A stretch of 64,000 nucleotides of DNA from Longimicrobiales bacterium (GTDB lineage: Bacteria; Gemmatimonadota; Gemmatimonadetes; Longimicrobiales; Gaopeijiaceae), in assembly GCA_965198065.1 (NCBI GenBank), contig CBDAON010000004.1, forward strand, positions 352,001 to 416,000, written 5' to 3'. The notes under the pieces are model-generated. The model was not told the origin of the DNA. It worked only from the letters and a program-made list of their open reading frames with translations, and did no database searches. Below, piece after piece: positions 20,705-30,536 of this stretch. A program made the translations under genes and the position numbers. Numbering within the stretch: position 1 is the stretch's first letter; the number at the start of each line of letters is the position of its first letter.

Positions 20705-23566
20705 CTACTCAGGCATGAGGGTGACCCTGAAATAGTTCTCCGTGTCGAGGACGCGCCGGGCCATCTCCTGCACGTCCGCGGGCGTGAGCCCGTCCACGGT
20801 CGCCCCGAACGTATCGACGGCCGAGCCCGGGGGCACTCCCCGCTGATAGTCGGCCACCAGCTGGTTGAGCCACGTGCGGTTGCTCGAGAAGTCCGTCTCG
20901 AACTGCCGGAGGAGCGCCTCCCGTGCGTCCGCCGTCTCGGACTCCGTGGGGCCGGTGGCCTTGATCGTCTCGAGGGCTTCGAAGATGGCGTCGAGCAGCT
21001 CCTCGGTGCGCTCGGGATCCGAGCCGAAGCCGATCGAGAACTGGTACGCCTCCTCGGGACGCCACGACAGCCCCGGGCCGACTCCGATGCTGTACGTGCC
21101 GCCCAGCACCTCGCGGATCTCGCTGTTCAGGCGCGTGTCGAGGGTCATCGCCAGGGCTCGGATCGCGGCCCGGGCAACCTGGTCTCCGTAATCGAACGGG
21201 CCCGTGAAGGTGACGACCGTCTGACTGATCGGCTCGAGGCCCCGCTCGACCGTCTCCTCGACGACACCTCTCGGAGGCCGCACGCCGACGTCCCGCCAGG
21301 TCTCGTCCCGGTCCGTGGCGGGAAGGGCGCCCAGGTAGCGCTCCACGAGAGGGCGCATGACGTCGAAGTCGATGTTTCCCACGAACACGAACGTGAAGTC
21401 GTCCGTGTCGGCGAAACGCTCCTGGTAGAAGGCGAACGACTCGGCCAGATCGGTCTGGTCCAGGGTGGCGACCGTGACGGGTCGTTCTCGCGGGTGGTCC
21501 TGGGTGATGATGCGCACGTACGCGTCGTTGAACGCCGTGTTGGGATCCGCGTCCCGGTTGGCGAGCGACTCCCGGGCACGGTTGAGCCACACCTGGTAGT
21601 ACTGCTCGTCCATTCGCGGCTCGGTCAGACGAAGGTAGATGAGCTGGAACAGCGTCTCGAGATCGCGGATCGACGCCCCTCCGCTCACGCCCTCCTCGAA
21701 GTCCGTGATGAACGGGCTCGCCGAGGCCACCGTCCCAGCGAGAAGCCGGTCCAGCGCGATCGCGTCGAAGTCGGCAACGCCACCCGCCGTAATGAGCTGG
21801 GCCGCGGTCATCGCCGGAACGAAGTCCTCGTCGGAAGCGAGGGACGTCCCGCCCGTGCTGTACGCCCGGAAGACGACCTCGTCCTCCTCGAAGTCCGTGG
21901 ACTTGAGCGCGACCAGGATCCCGTTGGCGAGCCGCCACTCGGTGATGCCCCGCTCCAGCTCGCGAGTCTCGACCACGGGCGACCCGGTAGGAACGTCATC
22001 CAGGAGCGTCTCCGCGGCCACCCGGTCCACGTAGGGCGTGATCTCCGCCGTCTGGACGCCCTCGAGCACGGCGGCGAGCTCTGTCTCGTCCGGGAGGTCC
22101 GATTGGGCGCCCTCCGGTCCAGACACCAGGACTACTCGATTCGAGTCCGTGATCCAGCTCTGGCCCACCCGGTTCACCTCGTCCAGCGTGATCTCCGGGA
22201 CGAATCGCTGATAGAGCTCCCACTCGTACTCGATCCCCGGAATCGCCTCGCCGTCCAGCAACGCCCGTGTGTACTCGGCGGCGAACGAACCCGAGGGAGT
22301 GTTCACCCGGTTCGTGTAGATCTGCTCGATCTGTCGGAGAATGTTGGTCTTCGCTCGCTCGAGCTCCGTTTCCGTGAATCCGAACCGCTCGACCCGCTCC
22401 GCTTCCTCGAAGAGAGCCGCGAGCCCGCGCTCCACCCCACCCTCGGGAACCGTGGCGCTCAGGGAGTAGATCTTTTCCGTGCGCACAAACATGCCCTGGG
22501 ACCCCGAGGCTCCCAGAAAGGGCGCCTCCGGCTGGCGGGCGATCTCGGCGAAGCGGTCGTTCAAGAGCGAGTTGTAGAGCCCCTCGACGATCGTCTGGCG
22601 GTAGCCCCCCACGGTCCAGTCGTGATTCGCGTCCATCTTGTGGTAGACCGATACGCTCGACGTGGTGAGCTCGGGGTCCGTGACGATGGAGTAGAGGGTC
22701 TCCTCATGGTCGGGCACGCTGTAGGCGACGCGCTCGCGGGTGCCTCCCGAAGGCGGCCAGTCCCCGAAGTGATCCGTGAGGAGCGCCTCCACCTCCAGGC
22801 GGTCGAAGTCTCCGATGGCGATCACCGCCATCAGGTCGGGCCTGTACCATTCGCGGTAGAAGCGACGGAGCGACTCGTGCTCGAAGGTCTCGATGTTCTC
22901 GATCGTCCCGATCGGTAGCCGCTCCGCGTAACGCGAGCCCTGGAAGATCACGGGATACTGCTCGTCCTGGACCCGGGCCTGGACCCCCCGTCGGAAGCGC
23001 CACTCCTCCACGATCACGTCTCGTTCCTGGTCGATCTCCTCAGGATCTAGGGTCATGCCGTGAGCCCAGTCCTCCAGGATCTGGAAGGCCGTGGCCATGT
23101 AACGCGGGTCGTCCGTGGGCACGGTCAGGCGGTAGGTCGTCTCGTCGAAGCCCGTGGAAGCGTTCACGCCGGCCCCGAAGCGCATCCCGATCGACTCCAT
23201 GAACTCGACGAGCTGCTGCTCCTCGAAGTTTTCGGTGCCGTTGAAGGCCATGTGTTCGAGAAAGTGGGCGAGGCCCAGCTGGTCGTCGTCCTCAACGATT
23301 GAGCCCACGCGCACGACGAGGCGGAGCTCCGCCCGGTTCCCGGGCTCCTGGTTCGAGCGAATGTAGTATCGGAGCCCGTTCGGGAGCTCGCCGAGCGAGA
23401 CGGCCGGGCTCGGAGGAATCAGGAGGTCGAGAGGCGCGGTTCGGGCCTCCTCGGGAACGGCAACCGGCTGGAGCTGCTGGAGCGCTAACGCGGGCGGGGC
23501 GAGTACCGTGAGGACCAAGAGCCCGACGAGTCCCGCGGGGGCGACACCACGGATGGCTTCCTTCAT
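20705..23566 (-). CDS. M16 family zinc protease (PqqL-like)
   Basis: Signal peptide; HFLEH (HxxEH), NAST.FDET and Y..WYRPD motifs; 953 aa. Confidence 0.93.
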   Translation of the reverse strand: MKEAIRGVAPAGLVGLLVLTVLAPPALALQQLQPVAVPEEARTAPLDLLIPPSPAVSLGELPNGLRYYIRSNQEPGNRAELRLVVRVGSIVEDDDQLGLAHFLEHMAFNGTENFEEQQLVEFMESIGMRFGAGVNASTGFDETTYRLTVPTDDPRYMATAFQILEDWAHGMTLDPEEIDQERDVIVEEWRFRRGVQARVQDEQYPVIFQGSRYAERLPIGTIENIETFEHESLRRFYREWYRPDLMAVIAIGDFDRLEVEALLTDHFGDWPPSGGTRERVAYSVPDHEETLYSIVTDPELTTSSVSVYHKMDANHDWTVGGYRQTIVEGLYNSLLNDRFAEIARQPEAPFLGASGSQGMFVRTEKIYSLSATVPEGGVERGLAALFEEAERVERFGFTETELERAKTNILRQIEQIYTNRVNTPSGSFAAEYTRALLDGEAIPGIEYEWELYQRFVPEITLDEVNRVGQSWITDSNRVVLVSGPEGAQSDLPDETELAAVLEGVQTAEITPYVDRVAAETLLDDVPTGSPVVETRELERGITEWRLANGILVALKSTDFEEDEVVFRAYSTGGTSLASDEDFVPAMTAAQLITAGGVADFDAIALDRLLAGTVASASPFITDFEEGVSGGASIRDLETLFQLIYLRLTEPRMDEQYYQVWLNRARESLANRDADPNTAFNDAYVRIITQDHPRERPVTVATLDQTDLAESFAFYQERFADTDDFTFVFVGNIDFDVMRPLVERYLGALPATDRDETWRDVGVRPPRGVVEETVERGLEPISQTVVTFTGPFDYGDQVARAAIRALAMTLDTRLNSEIREVLGGTYSIGVGPGLSWRPEEAYQFSIGFGSDPERTEELLDAIFEALETIKATGPTESETADAREALLRQFETDFSSNRTWLNQLVADYQRGVPPGSAVDTFGATVDGLTPADVQEMARRVLDTENYFRVTLMPE

Positions 23567-23715
23567 CGCTCACTCCTTCGCTGTTCGACCGGGGTCCGTG
23601 AAGCTCTCGGCCCCCCGGCGTGGAGACGCTCCTCTCCGCCCGGCGGGGGCCCTCTAAGTATGGAGGAGCGGCGCCGGTCACGCGAGCGACGTCGCGCCCC
23701 CCTCGCCAACGCGTC

Positions 23716-23922
23716 TCAAGGAGGGGTCAGGACGATCCTGAACCCAATGAACAGCCGCCTCGCTCCCGGATCCGCTCCTCCGCGAACGGCAGCCCGCACG
23801 TTCTGCTCGGTGTCGCTGAACGAGCCTCCTCGCATGATCCAGAGCGCGTCTGCCTCGAGGTCCACGCGCTCGTTCCCCGGATCATAGGGGGTGGCCTGGT
23901 AGGGCGTCCGGGTCCACTCCCA
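23716..23922 (-). pseudogene. Orphan C-terminal fragment of an FGE-sulfatase (SUMF1) domain protein
   Basis: Translates as WEWTRTPY...WIMRGGSF...VRAAVR...IGFRIV*, the typical WEW/RGGS/GFR pattern. No start codon; upstream in-frame stop at 23944. Confidence 0.65.
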
Positions 23923-23943
23923 TGGAAGCCCGCCCCCACCGAA

Positions 23944-25048
23944 TCAACTCGGGGAGCGCGCGGCCCGGGCCGAGGCCGCCGGACCCCGGCTCGGGCGAGC
24001 CTCGTTCTCGGTACTGTCGTGAGCCAATCGGGTCGCCGTCTCCTTTCGGACCACAGGGGCCACGCTCGTTCCGAAGAGACTCGATCGCGCGTAAGACCCG
24101 GTCGTGAGGCATCGGACCCACCGTGAGCTGAAGGAGGAAACGGTCGTGCTGGAAGAGGATCTTTTCAGCGACCTGTTCCGGGTTCCCCACGAAGAGCGCG
24201 CCGTCCAGCCGGACTTCCCGGTCGAACTGATCCCGACCGAACGGCGGCCATCCGCGCTCCCGCCCGATGCGGGTCATCACCTCCGAGACGGGCGGAAACG
24301 CCGTGTCACCCGCGTCCTTGGCATCCTCGGCCAGGAAGCCGTGGGAGTTGATCCCGAGCCGGAGCGCCCGAGAGTCGTATCCCGCCTCCTCCGCGCTCTC
24401 CCGGTACAGCTCGACGATCGGCCGGAACCGCGCCGGGGCTCCTCCAATGATCGCGAGCGCCATGGGAAGCCCGAGCGCCCCCGCGCGCACGACAGAGCGG
24501 GGCGTCCCGCCCACCGCGATCCAGACCGGGAGGAGATCCTGCTCCGGGCGCGGGTAGACGCCCCGATCCTCGATGGGCTGGCGATGCCCTCCCGACCATG
24601 TGACGCGCTCCGCCTCCCTCACCCGGAGGAGGAGATCCAGCTTCTCGGAAAAGAGCTCGTCATAGTCAGTGAGGTCCTGCCCGAAGAGGGGAAACGACTC
24701 GGTGAACGAGCCGCGCCCCGCCATGATCTCCGCCCGACCGCCCGAGATCAGGTCCAGGGTGGCAAAGTCCTGGAACACCCGCACGGGGTCGTCCGAGCTC
24801 AGGACCGAGACGGCGCTCGTCAGGCGGATCCGCTTCGTGCGCGCCGCGGCCGCTGCCAAGACCACCGCCGGCGCGGACACCGCGTAATCGGGCCGGTGGT
24901 GCTCTCCCACACCGAAGACGTCGAGCCCGACTTGGTCCGCCAGCTCGATCTCTTCCAGGAGGTTTCGGATCCGCTCGCCCGCGCCGAGCTGTCGCCCGGT
25001 CACCGGATCGAGTCGGGTCTCGGCGAAGGTGAAGATCCCGAGTTCCAC
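23944..25048 (-). CDS. LLM-class flavin-dependent oxidoreductase; apparent +1 frameshift at about 24079
   Basis: [18 protein letters not shown] and GRGSF motifs. Removing one base at about 24079 restores the typical IELFGT.VAPVVR tail ending at 23944; the ORF as read ends at 23882. Confidence 0.85.
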
Positions 25049-25090
25049 AGCCCGGGAATCTAACAGAGGGGGACAGACCGACCGAGGGCT

Positions 25091-25714
25091 TCACGCCTCG
25101 GCTGCGCGCTCCGCCTGTACCAGGTGCCACTCCTGGTGGCGGGGGAGTACGACGAGGCAGGAGTACACGTTGTAGCGAAGCCGAGAGTCAAACGGGGAGA
25201 CGATCTTGACCGAGGCGAGCGGAAGTCCGTCCGACGCGCGGGCCAGCGCGATCTGCTCGTCCTGGAGCCGGTCGAACTCCCGGACGACGTCCCCTGGGGG
25301 AAGCTCTCCTCGGGGAACGAACGCCGGCGAGGTTCGGATCCGTCCGAATCGGAGGCGGCCGACTCGCAGGACGGGCCCGGTTCCGGCCCAGAGGAGCCAA
25401 CCGACGGGGTCCCGCCGATAGCGCTCCGGCGGGGGTCCTCCCAGGCGACGGGCTTCGTCGAGCGCGTCCCGGAGAACGGGCACGTACGCCCGTCCCGTCA
25501 GGTTCAGGTGCTCCACGCACTCCGCCACCGACCAGCTCCCCGGCGCGGGGCGCCGGGCCCAGCGCTCGTCCGGAAGCGTGTCGACCAGGTCGTGGAGACG
25601 GTCGCGAGCGGCCTCGAGGTTTCGAACGACTCTAGCGAGCTGGGACCGAAGGCGCCCTGCCCCGCCCGTTGGCTCGCTCCGTTCGCTAGACCCGCCCGCC
25701 ACCCCCCGGCTCAC
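25091..25714 (-). CDS. DinB family protein
   Basis: WSVAECVEHL and H..H C-terminal motif; GTG start overlaps the upstream stop. Confidence 0.8.
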   Translation of the reverse strand: MSRGVAGGSSERSEPTGGAGRLRSQLARVVRNLEAARDRLHDLVDTLPDERWARRPAPGSWSVAECVEHLNLTGRAYVPVLRDALDEARRLGGPPPERYRRDPVGWLLWAGTGPVLRVGRLRFGRIRTSPAFVPRGELPPGDVVREFDRLQDEQIALARASDGLPLASVKIVSPFDSRLRYNVYSCLVVLPRHQEWHLVQAERAAEA

Positions 25715-26421
25715 TGGCCCGCCTCGTGGAGGAACCGGAGTACGTCGCCCATCAGCCGATACATGGATCGATAGCGCTCTGGGCCCGGCGCTAGGATCTC
25801 CTCCTCGGTCTGCACATACGTCGAAGGCTCGAGGCCGCCCCGGCAGCATCGGACCAGCTCCCTCGCACCCTCGGGCGTCGTCTCCAAGTGGAACTGGAGG
25901 CCGATCGTGGACCGGCCGAGCTGGAACGCCTGATTGTCGCAGGCCTCGCTCCGGGCCAGGTGGACAGCCCCGCGAGGGAGGTCGAAGGTATCGCCGTGCC
26001 AGTGGAAGACCTCGGTGGACGGTGGAAATCGGAAGATCGGATCGCCGTCTCCGTCGGCCGCGGCCGGTTCCACCCCTCGGACCGCGAACCACCCGATCTC
26101 CTTCTCCCGGTTCCGGTACACCCTCGCGCCCATCGCGCTCGCTATCATCTGAGCACCCAGGCACACGCCGAGCACAGGCTTCCCAGACTCGACCGAGGCC
26201 CGAACCAGCCGCTTCTCGGGCACGAGCCAGCCGTGCTCCGCTTCGTGGTTCACACTCATGGGCCCGCCCATCACGACGAGGAAGTCGATCTCCTCCGGCG
26301 TCGGGAGCTCCACCGACTCGTATATAGGCGTGCGGGTGACCTCGTATCCGGCGGCTCCGAGCCACGGCTCGATGGCACCGAGCCCCTCGAAGGGAACGTG
26401 CTGGAGGTAATGCGCTCGCAT
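25711..26421 (-). CDS. Type 1 glutamine amidotransferase (GuaA-like GAT domain)
   Basis: HVPFEG, MGGPMS, GVCLGAQ, WHGDTF and QFHLE motifs. Confidence 0.92.
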   Translation of the reverse strand: MRAHYLQHVPFEGLGAIEPWLGAAGYEVTRTPIYESVELPTPEEIDFLVVMGGPMSVNHEAEHGWLVPEKRLVRASVESGKPVLGVCLGAQMIASAMGARVYRNREKEIGWFAVRGVEPAAADGDGDPIFRFPPSTEVFHWHGDTFDLPRGAVHLARSEACDNQAFQLGRSTIGLQFHLETTPEGARELVRCCRGGLEPSTYVQTEEEILAPGPERYRSMYRLMGDVLRFLHEAGQ

Positions 26422-26599
26422 GCGCGTGGGCTCCACTCAGCGACCCGACGGTTGAGATGGGGAAGGTTCGCTAGCCAGCCAACCCTCCCGAGGTCGGGTA
26501 TCTCACGATCTCGAATGCTCTTCAATGGAGGCTGCAATACCGGCGGGCGATCGACCAGGCTGGTGCGGTCGACGGCATCTTGCGAGTGAGGTAAACAGC

Positions 26600-27031
26600 A
26601 TGGCTGTCCGGAAGAAGACCAAGAGCAAAGCAGAATTCGGGGACTTCTAAACCCCCCCGGCACTAACCGAGCAAGTGTGTGCCTTACTCGTCGATCACGG
26701 TCTTCATCCTTCTAGCGTCCTTGAGCCTACTTGTGGCACAGGGAGCTTCCTGGCTGCGGCGGTCCGGGCGTTTCCGGCTGCGCGCCAAATCGTGGGCATG
26801 GAGATCAACCCGCAGTACGTGGCTCAAGCAGAGAGCTTGTTGAACGGAGCGCGTTCGGATGCGCACGTCCACATTCAGCAGGCTGATTTCTTTCAGACCG
26901 ATTGGGAAGAGCTAATCCGTGACCTGCCGAAGCCACTTCTAGTTCTGGGTAATCCCCCCTGGGTGACGAGTGCGGAGCTCGGCAACCTAGGTAGCTCGAA
27001 TCTACCCGAGAAGTCCAACTTTCAGGCGTGA
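26600..27031 (+). pseudogene. Amino-DNA methyltransferase (type II/IIG R-M-like), nonsense mutation and 3' truncation
   Basis: ATG at 26600 with GAGG RBS; GDF*TP (TAA at 26648 where Gln is expected), LEPTCGTGSF and GNPPW; the frame ends shortly after NPPW. Confidence 0.8.
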
Positions 27032-27171
27032 TATTTGGACCGCTCCAAGTCTCTGGGTAATTCCGGATAACTGGGCGAAGGATACGGGATCCGGAAGCTC
27101 TGTCACCTTTGTGGCCGGCAACGCGGGCAGGCGTGGCTTCCGACATCACCGATTCTCTTGTCCGAGGTAAA

Positions 27172-28407
27172 CTAACGTAGCGAAGAAGACCGACCATCCG
27201 CAGGCTTCCCACTGAGGTAGGCTTCCCAGTCACCCATGAGCCGGCGTCGGCGTTCGAACAGGTCCGTGCGCCGATAGGCCGCCTCAACCCTGTTCTGGAC
27301 GACATGCGCGAGAGCCGCCTCGATGACCTCGCGGGGATGATCCGTTTCCTCGGCCGCCCAATCGCGGAAGCTGGAGCGAAACCCGTGGGGCACGGCCGCG
27401 ATCTTGTGCTTCCCGAGCATCCGGCGCAGTTGCTTCTCCTCGAGCTGCTTGCCGAGCCGATTGGGAAACAGATACGGACTGGTTCCCTCCACGAGCGTCC
27501 GTGCCCCGTCCAGAATCTCCAGTGCACGACCACACAGCGGGACCCGGTGCTCGCGGTTCGCCTTCGTCCGCCTGGCCGGTACGGTCCACACGCCATTCTC
27601 CCGATCAATCTCGGTCCACTCGGCCCACCGCACCTCGCCCCACCGCGCTGCTGTCAGCACCAGGAACTCGAATGCCAGCCGGACGGCCGGAGGTACCGTC
27701 GATGCCCGCGCCGTCCGGATGGCCGCGGCCACCTCGCGATGTGGCAAGGCCCGCATGTGCTGCACGACCTTATGCTGTGGACCCAGGACCGGGCCAATCC
27801 GGTCGCACGGGTTGTCGATCCGAAACTCCATCGCCACCGCCCATTCCAACACCGCATGGAGGCGTTGGCGCAGCTTCCGGGCGGTGGCCGCCTTCGTGTG
27901 CCAGATGGGAGCGATGATCTCCAGCACGTCGGCGCTCGTGACCTCCGACACCGGCAGCTTCCCGACCCGCGGGAAGGCATACCGCTCGAAGGTCAACATC
28001 CAGTCGCGGCCCTGCGCCCGACTTCGCCACCCGGCCCGCTTCTGCTCGACCACACGTCGAGCGGCTTCGGCGAACGTGGGTATGCCAACGGAGCGCCGCT
28101 TCTCGGCCAGCGGGTCGCCGCCCGTGCGGGCCAGCTTGCGGTTGGCCAGCGCCTGCTCGCGGGCCTCGGCCAGCGAGACTAGGGTGACGCTGCCGAGTCC
28201 GAGCTCGCGCTTGCGGCCCCGGATCACGAGCCGCTGAATCCAGCTCCGCGTTCCCGTCGGCTGCACGTAGAGGTACAATCCGTTGCCGTCCGCGTGTCTT
28301 CCAGGCGGGGCGGTGCGCACGAAAGCGGCCGACAGGGCCTTGTCGGGATGACGGCCCTTGGGCTTCGTTTTCCGGGGCGAGCGGGCCTTGTTCGTTACAG
28401 AATCCAT
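27172..28407 (-). CDS. P4-type tyrosine integrase (Int1) with N-terminal arm-binding domain
   Basis: DGNGLYL...W arm domain; catalytic R (TAARWGE), K, HGFR, LAH and AAY; probable start ATG 28407. Confidence 0.93.
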   Translation of the reverse strand: MDSVTNKARSPRKTKPKGRHPDKALSAAFVRTAPPGRHADGNGLYLYVQPTGTRSWIQRLVIRGRKRELGLGSVTLVSLAEAREQALANRKLARTGGDPLAEKRRSVGIPTFAEAARRVVEQKRAGWRSRAQGRDWMLTFERYAFPRVGKLPVSEVTSADVLEIIAPIWHTKAATARKLRQRLHAVLEWAVAMEFRIDNPCDRIGPVLGPQHKVVQHMRALPHREVAAAIRTARASTVPPAVRLAFEFLVLTAARWGEVRWAEWTEIDRENGVWTVPARRTKANREHRVPLCGRALEILDGARTLVEGTSPYLFPNRLGKQLEEKQLRRMLGKHKIAAVPHGFRSSFRDWAAEETDHPREVIEAALAHVVQNRVEAAYRRTDLFERRRRLMGDWEAYLSGKPADGRSSSLR

Positions 28408-28512
28408 CCCCATATAATATAGGGGATGGAAGTGGATATCAATGGATGCCGGAGTCGGAAGAATCCGCTAGGATGTGTCCATAACTTGTTGTTATAGCAG
28501 TTACTTATGGAC
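28403..28512 (-). promoter_or_regulatory. Int1 leaderless sigma70 promoter with palindromic operator and IHF-like site
   Basis: TTGATA-17-TATTAT-6-ATG; TCCATCCCC-N10-GGGGATGGA at 28403-28430; GTCCATAA-N20-TTATGGAC at 28477-28512 around TAACAACAAGTTA. Confidence 0.65.
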
Positions 28513-29733
28513 TGTACTGGATGATACTGCACATCGGTCTAGATAGCATGCCCATTCCTCCATGAGCCGACGGCGGCGCTCGAACAGGTCGGAGCGCATG
28601 TAGGCGGCCTCGACCGGGTTCCGGACTACATGGGCCAGGGCCGCCTCGACGACTTCGCGGGGGTGGTCCGTCTCTTCGGCGGCCCAGTCTCTGAACGACG
28701 ACCTGAACCCATGCGGCACCGCCGCGATCCCGTGCTTCCTGAGCAGCCGGCCCATCTGCTCGCCGCCCACCTCTCTGCCGCGCTTGCCGACGAACACGAT
28801 CGGACTCCCGCCGCCGCCCAGCTTCCGCGCCGCGTCGAGAATCTCCAGCGCGCGGCCGCACAGCGGCACACGGTGCGCGCGCAGGCTCTTCATCCGGCTC
28901 GCGGGGACCGTCCAGACGCGCTCCTCCCGGTCGATCTCGCTCCATACCGCCCCGCGGACCTCGACGCCCCGCGCCGCCGTGAGCACCATGAACTCGAACG
29001 CCAGCGCGTCCACCTTGCCCGCCTTCGCCGCCCGGACCTTCTCGATGGCCGCCCCCACCTCGCGGTGAGGCAGGGCCTTCCGGTGTCTGACGACATGTTG
29101 CTGGGAGCCGAGCACCGGCAGGAGCCGGTCGCACGGGTTGTCCGTTCTCCAGTCCATGGCGATGGCCCATTCCAGCACGGCGCGGATGCGGTGGCGAACG
29201 ATCCGGGCCGTCGGCGGGTTCGCGTGCCAGATGGGTGTGAGGATCTCGAGCACGTCGGCGCTCGTCATCTCGGAGACCGGCACCCTCCCGATCCTTGGGA
29301 AGACGTGAATCTCGAAGCTGCGATACCAGTTCCTCGGCACCGCCGCGTTGCGCCATCCGGCGCTCTTCTGCTCGATGACGCGCTTAGCGGCCTCGGCGAA
29401 GGTGGGAATGCCCGCCGAACGCCGCTTCTCGGCCAGCGGATCGCCGCCCGCGCGGGCAAGCTTGCGGTTGGCCAGCGCCTGCTCCCGCGCCTCGGCGAGC
29501 AAGACCAGTTGGGCGTTGCCGAGTCCGAGCTCGCGCTTGCGGCCCCGGATCACGAGCCGCTGAATCCAACTCCGGGTTCCGGTCTTCTGGACGTAAAGGT
29601 AGAGACCGTTGCCATCGCAGTGCCTGCCGGGCGGTGCCGAGCGCACGAAGGCGGTCGAGAGCCGCTTGTGGGGATGGCGGCCCTTGGGCTTGCCTAGGCG
29701 GCGCTTGACGGGAGATCGAATCACATTATCCAT
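28501..29733 (-). CDS. P4-type tyrosine integrase (Int2, complete copy)
   Basis: Same domain layout and catalytic residues as Int1; probable start ATG 29733. Confidence 0.93.
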   Translation of the reverse strand: MDNVIRSPVKRRLGKPKGRHPHKRLSTAFVRSAPPGRHCDGNGLYLYVQKTGTRSWIQRLVIRGRKRELGLGNAQLVLLAEAREQALANRKLARAGGDPLAEKRRSAGIPTFAEAAKRVIEQKSAGWRNAAVPRNWYRSFEIHVFPRIGRVPVSEMTSADVLEILTPIWHANPPTARIVRHRIRAVLEWAIAMDWRTDNPCDRLLPVLGSQQHVVRHRKALPHREVGAAIEKVRAAKAGKVDALAFEFMVLTAARGVEVRGAVWSEIDREERVWTVPASRMKSLRAHRVPLCGRALEILDAARKLGGGGSPIVFVGKRGREVGGEQMGRLLRKHGIAAVPHGFRSSFRDWAAEETDHPREVVEAALAHVVRNPVEAAYMRSDLFERRRRLMEEWACYLDRCAVSSSTVHK

Positions 29734-30027
29734 CCCACAATCATAACTGGGATGGAACGGGATCGCAAAGGGCACTGCTGGCAGAACGAGACAAGAAAGA
29801 AACTACGTAACCTGTTGTAAATACTGGATGTTATGCACCTACCCGGAAATCCTTGGACGGTATCGGATTCAAGTTGTGCGTTTACGGCAAGTAATCGTCT
29901 AAGTTCAACCGGGACTGCACGATCTGCCGCACTTGCCGTTGGCCGATGGCTGATTGCAGCGTACCGAAACAGCGAGAAAACGGCATCGAATGGCGGGAAT
30001 CCGGGTCGCATCGGGTCCCGTGTCAGC
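28559..30027 (-). repeat. 1469-bp inverted repeat, left copy (Int2 plus about 290-bp leader)
   Basis: Reverse complement matches 41118-42586. Both ends were aligned by eye, and the six-frame translations are identical. Confidence 0.93.
29729..29772 (-). promoter_or_regulatory. Int2 leaderless promoter/operator
   Basis: TTGCGA-17-TATGAT-6-ATG; TCCATCCCA-N10-TGGGATGGA at 29729-29756. Confidence 0.65.
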
Positions 30028-30536
30028 AGTTCGTCGTGAGTTCCTCACGCTGGCCAAGGTCACGTGGATGGTCCCCCGTATGACGGCCCACACCTACGCG
30101 GGACTCCTCAGCGATCACAAGTGGACGATAGGTCAGTGGTGATACGGGAAGGAAGACTGCTGCATCGACCGATGGGCCGGGAACGGGCGCGGCGCCCACA
30201 CGATCGTTCACGAGGTCTTCCGCCTGTTCAGATTTCGGCGCCCGGACACACCGCCCGACAGAGGCGGCGTCCTGACAAGCTCAGAGCTTCTATGGCGGCG
30301 TCGCCGGAGCTATGCGCGGAGCTTCTTCACGACAGTGCGCACGCGATCGGGTATCGTCCGAGCCCCGGCGCCCCCACACTTGGCGGAGGAGCTCGTCCGT
30401 GGTCACCCCCGCATGGTCGTGGGTAGCCAGCAAGCAATGCTCCCTCCTCGATCAGCAACGCCCGCACCGACCGCAACTTCGTTAGGTCCTAAGCCGGGGG
30501 CGGTCCCGGGCAGCTCCGGGCGGGGCACCGTCCGCT

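Noticed and set aside
20633..22918. 761-aa + strand ORF and similar long shadow ORFs (e.g. 4495-6030, 7792-9318, 34627-36045)
   Set aside because: They are antisense to well-supported genes and expected in high-GC DNA.
26437..26600. attL copy of the tRNA-Leu 3' end
   Set aside because: No match found by eye.
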